Positions 50,261 to 61,700 of a stretch of 64,000 nt of DNA are shown here, piece by piece (the stretch's first letter is position 1; the number at the start of each line of letters is the position of its first letter). The stretch covers positions 27,280,001 to 27,344,000 of the forward strand of contig OZ024763.1 in the NCBI GenBank assembly GCA_964016885.1. The letters run 5' to 3'. Made by a program: the position numbers and the translations under genes. This stretch comes from Eledone cirrhosa (taxonomy: Eukaryota). Below the pieces are notes generated by a model. The model did not search any database and was not told where the DNA came from. It saw only the letters and a program-made list of their open reading frames with translations.

Positions 50261-50262
<2 letters not shown>
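50093..50262 (-). mobile_element. RTE-like LINE 3' terminus
   Basis: Minus-strand translation RGRPMLTYVDALRTDIGL..IMRDRDRWRELV. Confidence 0.55.
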
Positions 50263-50307
<45 letters not shown>

Positions 50308-50385
50308 TATCCCGGGTTCAATCGGGGGTAACCACAGTAAGTAAGGTACTCAATGCATAGCAGAGTATACATATTTAATATAGAA

Positions 50386-50440
50386 ATGGTTTCCTGGTGA
50401 TTTCCTTCGAATGAAACAGTCCTAGTCCTGTAGAAGCCAT
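50386..50440 (+). ncRNA. Hammerhead ribozyme motif with a core mutation (CUGGUGA)
   Basis: AUGGUUUC-CUGgUGA-UUUC cuuc GAAU-GAA-ACAG uccuaguc CUGU-A-GAAGCCAU; homolog of 2038-2088; the A6>G change probably inactivates it. Confidence 0.6.
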
Positions 50441-52541
50441 TTATATATCTCTCTATATATATATACATACAGGGATCTCCCCGCAAAAAATGTATACACA
50501 CTTCAACAGCATTCTAATAAATAATACCTGTACAGGTAATCAAAGTGTGTATACACTTTTGGGGTGACATCCTAAATATATATGTGTATAGATATAATCT
50601 ATATGGAAAAAAATGAAACGAAATTTCCTTTCTCACTCTTACATACTTATATATAATATATATTTTATCTAACAACACTTAAAAGTTCGCAGGTATGTTA
50701 TTTTTAGTTATTACATACATACAGATGTCTTAATAAAAGGAAGGATCTTAATGAGATAACACCAATGACAACGAAGGTGATATAGACTAAAGACCAAAGG
50801 AAGAATTAAGCACTTACCTTCTTAATGTGTGTACTGAGTAGTCTGCTATTTGAAACCGAGATTACACACTTCACAGCTGAGATGTGGTGGTGGTGGGAGT
50901 TAACATGTGCAGGGGAAGACGCTAATGTCACTTACAATAATATAACGTTTGTCTGCAGCTGCAAACTTTGTCGACCACTTTAAAATACACAGCGTGTATC
51001 TGATATCACAAAGGCTAAAATTTCAGCAGAGAGGGTACCCAGGCTAGGATTCATGACATGTGTGGGGACTAGGGTTCAGGAAGTGCAGGGTACGTCCTGC
51101 CGGAATCGAGGGGCCAGTGACGGGACATTAGCAGTTCGGGGTAACAACACAGTTTCTAACAATTGTAGCTGGTTAGATGTAAACTTAATTTTCACTCTTT
51201 TACTCTTTTACCTGTTCCAGCCATCCGGGATGCCATGCTAGGGCACCGCCCTAATTTTTTAAAATCTTTTCCATCAGAATACGTTTTATTATTCACAATT
51301 GTAGAAGATATATGGCTTAGGGATTAGGATGCTGGATTCCCGATCATAAGGTCATGAGTTCAATTATTGGCTCCGGCTTCGGAGTACAGTATTTTATATT
51401 TTTTTAGGGCAATGGGTTGGCAGTTTAGAACGTGTATTTTGGTTATTAATGATAGTTATATATGTGTTGAGAATGTTAATATTTTTTTTGTGTATTGTAT
51501 CACAGAGAGTAACCGAAGCAGTTCAAGGGAATGTTGTGGAAAATATCAACAGTCCACCACAGTGGGGTTTTACAGAAAAATCGAGTAAATAACAATAACA
51601 AAGTAACAAGAAAAATACAAGAAAAATTCCCCAATAGGGGGGATGACCACGCAGGGTTCGCTCAGGTACCCCACCAATCCTGAACGACCCGACGCTTCGA
51701 GAGCACCCTGGAAGGGCACCCCTCTCCTCCTCAAATTTACCCACCTACAGGCGCATGACCAGAGTAAGCCCACTCACACGGGCCATTCTCGCCACATTCA
51801 CCCACCTTTCGACCCCGCATGGATGAAAGGCAAAGTTAATCGCGGCGGGATTTGGACTCAGATCGTAAAGGACCATAACTCTATACGGCAAAGCATGGTG
51901 TCTGACGTTCTACCGATACTGCCAATCCACGGCCTTCTTCTTCGCCCTCTTATTTCTGAGAGGGTCGTGGGGGAAGAGTCCTCAAACACTCCTTCCAGCA
52001 GGTCCTGTCAGAAGCAACCATCTTGTACCTATTCTAAGAAAATAATAATAATTGTTTCTACTTTAGGCACAATGCCAGCAATTACCCAGTGCATTACTGG
52101 TACTTTATTTTATCGACCCCGTAAGGATGAAAGGCAAAGTGAACCTCGGCGGGATTTGAACTCAGATCGTAAAGGGACGTAACTATGCTAGAAAGCATGG
52201 CGTCCGATCCTCTACCGATACTGCCAATCCACCGCCTGGAGAAATTAATAATTGTTTCTACTTTTGGCACATTATCTCAGTGCATTACTGGTACTTTATT
52301 TTATCGACCTCGTATGGATGAAAGGCGAAGTTAACCTCGGCGGGATTTGAACCCAGAACGTAACGGGCCATAACTCTATGCTAATAAACGCCCCAGTGCT
52401 CGAGACAGGCTTTAAACTTAGATACTTAATTCATCTGGCCTCCAGTAGAGAGGTTAGAAAGACTGGTTTACTACTGTAGTCTAATATTATCAATCTGAAA
52501 AGTAACATCAGAGTTATCTGCTCTTAGTTACACCATTACAC

Positions 52542-52547
52542 CACGTG
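52542..52547. promoter_or_regulatory. Canonical E-box (CACGTG) about 100 bp upstream of the LSG1 ATG
   Basis: Motif is seen directly. Myc E-boxes near the start of ribosome-biogenesis genes are an established metazoan pattern. Function here is inferred. Confidence 0.45.
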
Positions 52548-52644
52548 TTGTCATATTTTTTTGTTATCTTCGTTTTACGACGAAGAAATAATTATTTCTA
52601 TGGAATATTTTATGTAGAAAACCACAAAACCATACCAAAAAAAC

Positions 52645-52734
52645 ATGGGTAAAAATGACAAGGGCCAGGTTCTTGGCCGAAGTATTATCAGGGAAAGATT
52701 TTCAAAGAAAAAACGTGGCGGACAACAATGTTTT
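52645..52734 (+). CDS. LSG1: LSG1 exon 1
   Basis: MGKNDKGQVLGRSIIRERFSKKKRGGQQCF|GTAAGT; matches the basic LGR..IR N-terminus of LSG1. Confidence 0.82.
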
Positions 52735-55700
52735 GTAAGTTATTTAATGTTTTATTTTTAAAGAAAATGTCCAGTGCTCGTAATTGTTTTGTCCCATTAA
52801 CATATTTCTGGTGGAAATATGAAAAAATATGGAAGAATTTATTAAAATAACTTAATTTCTTATTATATATATGTTAAATATATGTATGTAATTTTGTTTG
52901 AACATAATATAGTAAAGATTCTTACAAAAAATTATGGGGAAATGTCTTTTTTTTTAAAATAAATATAAACAGCTTTGATCGTAGAACCAGGTATGTCTGG
53001 AACATAACTTAACAAAGGTTCTGACATAAAATTTTGATTGAAAGTTTTTGTTTAGATGAATATAAAGATTTTAAAACAAACGTTTTTGTATCGTAGTGCC
53101 AGGAGTGTCGGGAACATAACATAACATAACATAACATAAAGGTTCTTACAAAACATTATGGAGGAAGGTCTTTTTTTTAGATAAATATAATAATAATAAT
53201 GAAATTATTGTGTAAAGTGCTCAGGTGCACTACAACTCGTCAATATAGTACATAGAATAATACACAAATATAAACAGCTTTGATCGTAGAACCAGGTGTG
53301 TCTGGAACATAACTTAACAAAGGTTTTGACATAACATTTTGATTGAAAGTTTTTCTTATAGATAAATATAAAGATTTTAAAACAAACATTGTTGTATTGC
53401 AGAACTAGGAGTGTCGGGAACATAACTTAACGAAGGATGTTACATAAAATTATGATGGAAGCTTTTTAGATAAATATAAGCACTATAAAACAAATAGTTT
53501 TGTTCCACAGAACCAGGGGTGTTTGGAACATAACTTAACAAAGGTTCTTATATAAAATTATGAAGGTTTTTATTTAAATATAAACATTTAAAAACAAACA
53601 GTTTTGTATTGTATAACCAGGGTTGGCACTAACACTACTGCATCACTGTGTACTGGGTGTATTTTATTTTGACACCACCACTACCACTTTACAGTGTACT
53701 GGGTGCATTGTATCTTCACACCAGCACCACCACTTTACAGAGTGTACTGGGTGTATTTTATATTGACACCAGCACCACCACTACAGAGTGTACTGGGTGC
53801 ATTTTATCTTGACACCACCACTACCACTTTACAGAATGTACTGGGTGCATTGTATCTTGACACCAGCACCACCACTTTACAGAGTGTACTTGGTGTATTT
53901 TATATTGACACCAGCACCACCACTACAGAGTGCACTGGGTGTATTCTGCCTTGACACCACCACTACCACTTTACAGAGTGCACTGGGTGTATTTTGTCTT
54001 GGTATCGGCTCTACCATTTTACAGAGTGTACTGGGTGCATTTTGTCTCGGAATCGCCACTACTGTTATACTTGTATTATGCATTTTGTTTCTATATTTAT
54101 TTAATATTTGCGTTGTTTTTCCTTTCCCCTCTCCAGATCCATACAAGTGAATTGAATGATGGCTACGAATGGGGCCGACTCAACCTGGCTTCCGTTACGG
54201 AACAGAGTAACCTAGATGAGTTCCTTGCTACTGCTGAATTAGCTGGTACCGAGTTTACTGCAGGTAAACATCGTTTGATCTAGTTATATATTCATTTCAG
54301 GAGGATATTGATTATTCTAATTGAGATACAGGGTCTGATTCTACAGGCATGTTGTTAGAATGTCTCAGGAAAGAATCATGGGACAGATATGAGAGATGGC
54401 AGCTCTGATATTACAGGCATGTGGTTAGAATGTCTCAGGAAAGAATAGCTGGACAGATTTGTAGCTAGGAGATCAGGGAGTCACTCCAGGTAGAGCTGCT
54501 ACTTATTTGAATTGAGAGATCACAGCTCTAATACTATGGGTATGTAGTTAGAATGTCTCAGGAAAGAATAGCTGGACAGATTTGTAGCTAGGAGATCAGG
54601 GAGTCACTCCAGGTAGAAACACTACTCCGAATTAAGAGATCACAGCTCTAATACTATGGGTATGTAGTTAGAATGTCCCAAGAAAGAATCACTGGACAGA
54701 TTTGTAGCTTGGAGATCAGGGAGTCACTCCAAGTAGAGCTGCTACTTCTTCGAATTGAGAGATCACAGCTCTGATATTACAGGCATGTAGTTAGGAATGT
54801 CTCAGGAAAGAATCACTGGACAGATTTTATGGGGCAAAACCAACTGGCAAGAGACCCAGGGGTAGACCCCAAGTAAGATGGTTGGATAACATCCATGAGC
54901 TGGGTTGGTCATACTTGGAGATCCAACTGGATCAGCTAAGATGGTTGCTTCTGACAGGACCTTCTGCTGGAAGGAATGTTTGAGGACTCTGCCCCCATGA
55001 GCCTCTCGGGAATAAGTGGGAGAAGCAGAAGACTCTACAAATTCTACTAACCTACCACCCTGATTTCAGATCAATATTGTTGGCAAATATGTTGGTGGTA
55101 CTACACATGGAAAAGAATCTAAGAGCAATTGTGAGAATAGACCAAAGAAATAATACTTTCATTGTTCTTTTCATTCATCATCATCATCACCGTTTTACGT
55201 CCGTTCTTCCACGCTAGCATGGGTTAGACGGGTTGTCCTGTTGTGGGCAGTGTCTGGTCGGCTGACCATGCCTTGCTCATACAGGAACTGATTTCGCTTG
55301 ATTTCTACAGCTGGATGCTCTTCCTAACACCAACCTCATTTACAGTGAATGCTGGGTGCTTTTTCGTGGCACCTACACGTCCACTTTACAGTGTGGGCTG
55401 GGTGCTTTTTTGCCGTGGCACCTCCACGACCACCTTGCAGTGGGAGGGTGTGGAGGCATATTGTCTATATGTTTCACCTTGTACCCATGGGAGGTCGGGT
55501 ACTCTGTATTACTGCGTGACGCCAGAGGTCACGGTCGTGTGTCATTGTTGATACTATCTGCTGGTCGCAACTCTTGAGAGGAGGCGGAGGTGGGATTTGA
55601 ACATACATTTTATTGTGGCACCAGCACTAGAAACCAAGCCAAAATACAAATCTGTATGAGTATGTTGTCCCCGGTTCTGACTTGTCTCTTAAACTAGTAA

Positions 55701-58700
55701 AAGAATTTAAACGATGTTATATATTTATTTTAAAATTAAACATTTTTATTTTGTAGAAAAACTTAATATAAAATTTGTTGACCGAAGCAAAGACAGTGGC
55801 TTGCCAAGTGCTGATGAGTTGCTGCTGGTGAAAGCTGTCCAAGACAAGAATAGGAAACTCTTACGAATTCCTCGAAGGTTTGTACAGATATATTTTATAT
55901 TGTTATACCACGTTTAGAGAATAACAGCATTGTTAGTTCAAGGTATCCTACAGATCGGTCTGCAATTCTTAACTGGACAGGGTTTCCAGAGTGGAGTTTT
56001 TGTAACTTGCTGAAGACAAACATCTCAAATGGCTTTATTTGAAGATATTGGCTATTTTCTGAGTGTGGGATGGGTTCTCTCTGATATTTACATCCTTTGC
56101 AGAAATACACACTCAGGCTCACACACATATCATCATCATTTAATGTCCACTGTCCTTGCTATTAAGGTTTGAAGAGGTCTAGATAGACCATGTCAGTACT
56201 GAAACGAGGCTACTGGCCAACGGGTCTGTATCTCGTTCATGTACAGTCATATCGAGTGCAAGGGAGAAGTTATGTCTTTTGACAGAAACTAAAGAGTCCT
56301 CCTTACCCCTTGTTTGTCAAGCTTTCTACGGCTCAATGCCCTATCCAACACCAACCACTTTACTTTGCAATATCATAAAGCTGGGACTGATATCTATTCT
56401 ATCACAGTTTTTCTAGAGGTTTTCTCTCACCCACCCAAGTTCTCCAATCACAATTGGTACCATTCTTGCTTTCATATTGCACATTTTTTTTTTTACATCT
56501 ATTCTCACACTGTAAAGTAGTCGTGATGGCGACGTGACAAAAAGCTACTAGCCCGCACTGTAAAGTAGTCATGTTGGTGTCGCGACAAAAAGCACCCAGC
56601 CCTGACTGTAAAGTGGTCATGTAGGTGTCATAGCAAAAAGCATGCAGTCCACACTGTAAATGTGGTTGGTGCTAGGAAGGGCATCTAGCTGTAGAAACCA
56701 AGCCAAAATCAGTTCTGTGTGAGCAAGACATGGTCACCTGACCTGGTATTTCTCACAACAAGACAACTCGTCTAACCCATGCCAGCGTAGAAATAAATAG
56801 ACGTTAAATGGTGGTGGTGATGATGATTCTCAAGTGTATAATCTCAATCAACCAATCGATGGAATCAATATTGTAATCTAGTAATCAATAGGTTAAATAT
56901 TTGCTTTTACTTTACATTCCATCTTTTTTGTGTGTCCTATGCTAGTTCATCAATATTTCTTATCTTTCTTTGTTTTTATTCTCTGCAGACCTGAGTGGGA
57001 TTCCAATACAACAGCTGAAGAACTTGCTAGCAAGGAACGAGAACTCTTTCTTCAATGGAGGAAAAGTTTGTCTTTGTAAGTACCTTTTAAGAGATTTTGT
57101 TGTTGTGACAGCTTCTGTTCATGTTATTTCATTAACTCAATCAACCAATCAAGTCCCCACAACAGGTGCAGTCAGTCGTTGGGGTTGAGGTACCACTCGA
57201 GATGTGCCACTGGTGCAGTAAGTTGCCCATTTATTCCTGAGAGGGTCATGGGGGCAGAGTCCTCAAACATAACTTCCAGCTGGTCTTAGCAGAAGTAACT
57301 ATCTCCAACTGTTCCAGCTGGATCCTCAAGCGTTTCCAGTCGAGCTCATGGATGTTATCCAACCATCTTCCTCGAGGTCTCCCCTGGGTCTCTTGCCCCT
57401 TGGTTTTGCCTGTAAAATCTGTGCAGTGCAGCAATTCTTTCCTGAGACATTCTAACCACATGCCCATAGTATCGGAGCTGTGATCTCTCAATTCGGAGAC
57501 GTAGTGGCTCTACCTGGAGTGACTCCCTGATCTCCGAGCTACAAATCTGTCCAGCGATTCTTTCCTGAGACATTCTAACCCCATGCCCATAGTATCGGAG
57601 CTGTGATCTCTCAATTCGGAGAAGTAGTAACTCTACCTGGAGTGACTCTCTGACCTCTAAGCTACGCACTCTATCAAGTAACGTTACTCCAAAGATCTTT
57701 TGGAGGAATCTCATTTAGGCTGCTTTTATTCACAATCGTATTCTTTCGGTCATTACCCAAGATTCACGACCGTTTTAGAAAATTGATTTTTCCATGTGAC
57801 ATTTCCATTGGATTTTACTCCCTATCTTTAAACTTAAAAAAAAACACCAGCAACAAATAATGTTTTACTTTCTTCCACACACTGGAGATCAATTTTTTTG
57901 GTATATATTGTATCTTATAGGCTACAGTCAGAAGAACATGTTACATTGACACCATATGAAAAGAATCTGGACTTTTGGAGACAACTTTGGCGTGTTATTG
58001 AACGAAGGTGAGTTTCTTCTTTATCATCATTGGCGTCATTATTTTATGTCTGCTTTCCAGATTGACATAGGTGGGATAGGATTGTCTTGGTCTCAGCGAT
58101 CTCGATGCCATCATTGTAAATTATATGTTGTATTGAGGCACATGGCTTAGTGGTTAGAGCATTGGCCTTGCAATCAAAAGGTTGTGAGTTCAATTCTCAG
58201 ACCGGGTGATGTGTTGTTTCCTTGAGCAAGACACTTTATTTCACATTGCTCCAGTTTACTCAGCTGTAGAAATGAGATGATAGGGACAGGGGTCCCTATC
58301 GTTCCACTGCAAAGTGGTCGTGGAGGTGCCACGGCAAAAAAGCACCCAGCACTCACTGTAAATGAGGTTGGTGTTAGGAAGGGCATCCAGCTGTAGAAAT
58401 CAAGCCAGAATCAGTTCCCGTCCCACCCTTGCAAGCAGGGAAAAGTGGACGTAAAATGAAATGATGATGGATCAGTGAAACCAACCACTAATTCATCCAC
58501 TGTGTATATATTATCATCATTATCGTTTAACGACCATTTTCCACGCTAGCATGGGTTAGACGAGTTGTCTCATTAGAAGCAAGTCATGTCAGGTGACTGT
58601 GTCTTGCTCATATAGAACTGTTCCTACCTAGATTTCTACAGCTGGATGCTTTTTCTAACACCAACCACATTTATAGTGTGTGGCTACGTGATTTTTGTTG

Positions 58701-61700
58701 TGACTCCTACATGAGCTCTTTACAGTGTGTACTGGGTGCTTTTTGTCATGATACCTACACAACCACTTTACAGTGTAGGCTCGGTGCTTTTTGTCATGAT
58801 ACCTACACAACCATTTTACAGTGTAGGCTGGGTGCTTTTTGTCATGATACCTACACAACCACTTTACAGTGTAGGCTGGGTGCTTTTTGTCGTGACACCT
58901 ACACGACTACTTTACAATGTTAACTGGGTGCTTTTTGTCGTGACTCCTACACAACCACTTTAGTGTGGGCTGGGTGCTTTTTTGTTGTGATTCAGTGTAA
59001 GGGTGGTTGTGGACTGAAGTGGGTGTTGGGGCATGGAGGGTATATGATAGTACAGATAGTAGCTGTGATTCTATCTTTCAATGATGTTATAGTAGAGGTG
59101 ATTCTATGTTTCAGTGATGTGATAGTACAGATTGTAGATGCCAGAAACCCGTTGTTATTTCGGTGCCAAGACCTTGAGAAATATGTCTGTGAAGTAGACC
59201 CTACCAAAGTCAATGTGATTCTCATCAATAAAGCTGATTTCCTGACAGAGGAACAGAGGTAAATATATTTGTGTCTGAATCTGTATGTATGTGTGTAGTT
59301 TATATATAAATCTGCTCTCCAAACAAGCAAGTCAGTCCGATCGGTCTTTTAAGTCTCTCCTAGGGTTACTTGCTTGATAATGGGTTTTTAAACCTGACAA
59401 TATTTGGGATCATTAAATTTGCTAAGTGAAGATTCTTTTGTTATCTTGGCAATTTAATATTCTTTCTAACGCATTGTATGGTTTTCCAAATTATTTAAAT
59501 TTGTGTTTCCTAGTCAACAATGCTTCAAGCAAGCTACAAAACTCTGATAAAACTGATCTATATTATATTTTATCTGATGAAAGCGCACCATAATTTGCTT
59601 TGGTGTCCTTGAAATATGTATAATGAAATAAATATGGTTTTATAAATATAGTTTCCATTTGTTAATATATTGTATATATATATATATAAATATATATCAT
59701 CATCATTTCATTTTACGTCTGCTTTTCCCTGCATGCATTTCCTCTCTATCTCTCTTCTTTCTCTGGAAGAAATTAGTTGTGCTCAAATCTGGGAAGGGAA
59801 TGGGCTTTGCCAGGTTTAAAATATCAAACACATGCCATATGTCAGTACGGTGCCCCTACAACTCCATCAAGAGTTACACGTTCATACATACAGGTATACA
59901 TGCTTAGATACAAGATGGCTACAACTTCAGTGTCATCGCTTGACACCTCTTAAGCATGAGCAGCATGGACGTCGCTTTTTAGTCCAGTTAGGGACCCACA
60001 TACATTTTCACAGATGTGGCAAGGATGGGGGCCTCTCACAGTAAGCCTTATGGTGCTGCTTTGGTGTACTTGCATACATTTTTGTGTGTGTATGTCTTTG
60101 CATATGTATTTATGTTATATATATATATATATATATCATCATCATTTCATTTTACGTCCGCTTTTTCCCTGCTTGCAAGGGTGGGACGGGAACTGATTCT
60201 GGCTTGATTTCTACAGCTGGATACCCTTCCTAACACCAACCTCATTTACAGTGAGTGCTGGGTGCTTTTTTGCCGTGGCACCTCCACGACCACTTTGCAG
60301 TGGAATGATAGGGACCCCAGTCCCTATCATCTCATTTCTACAGTTGAATAAACTGGAGCAATGTGAAATAAAGGTGTCTTGCTCAAGGAAACAACAGATC
60401 ACCCGGTCTGAGAATTGAACTCACAACCTTTCGATTGCAAGGCATGTATATATACATATATATAGGAAAAGAGTCAGGACCCTGATGGCTGAGCTCCGGC
60501 CGTTTCGACAGCTAGATCCGAACTAAACCAACAGTGCTGACTCTTTTCCTGTTACTCACTCTATTACCCTAAGTATCGAGTACTCTGGTGCGTTATGGTC
60601 CACCTGGTATCTTAACACACTTTTGTTTATATATAAATACATGTGTGTGTGTGTGCAAAACCATTTTGCTGGTTTCAGAGCTGATGTGTATGTGTAAACT
60701 TGTCTTGTACATCGCCTTTCTTTATGTCCTTTTTCCAGTCACTTCTATGTGCCAACACACTTCCCCTGGTCCTCATCTTCTTTCAATCTTTTCTATATTT
60801 CATCTGTCTGTCACTCACCTAGTGGATTGTCTCTCTGTTGACCACTGGCCACTGGTCTCTGTCTTCTGAGGCATTTTTGCCCATTGCTGTCTTTAACAGC
60901 ATTTCTGTTTTAATGACTGCTCTAGCAATGAGTTTTCTCATTTTTATATATAGGGTGTCCCCAAAAATATATACACACTTCAACAGCATTCTAATAAATA
61001 TGTGTATACATATTTTTGGGACACCTTGTATATATAATGTAATGTTTCTCTCATATTCTCTCTTTCATTCCATTTTAGGCAACATTGGGCCAAGTTCTTC
61101 TCCACTGAAGGAGTCAGGATTGCTTTCTGGTCAGCCATGGACGAAACTAAGAGACAGCAACAGGTAATGAACATGTGGAGAAGCTTTTAAGGTTTTGCTT
61201 GTTTCAGTTATTGGATTGTGGCCATACTGGAGGAGCTCCTTGTGGGCATTTAGCCAATCCTCAGTAGATCCACTTGTGTACCGACCTGGTCTGTGACGAC
61301 CTGTTCAACCCTTGCTAGCAGGGAAGATGGGTGTTAAATGATGATGAGGAGGGTAGAGCATGGGAACATATGTGGACGAAATAAGGGCTTCTGGGCCCAT
61401 CTGTGAGGAGAGTAGCTCTACTTGCCTACTGACCCAGTCTGTTGCTAGCTGGGAAGATGAACATTAAGTGATAATAATGATGATAGAGTACAGAAACATG
61501 TGTGAAATAAGGGATCACACCTCATCTGAGAGAACTGTAGGTCCACTTGAGTACTGACTTGGTCTCTGAAGATCTATCCAGCCCTTGCTAGCATGGAAGA
61601 TGGATGTTAAATGATGATGATGATGGTGATGGTAGAGCATGGGAATCTATGTGGGCGAAATAAGGGCTCCCAGGCCCCTCTGAGATATCGGTAGATCCAC

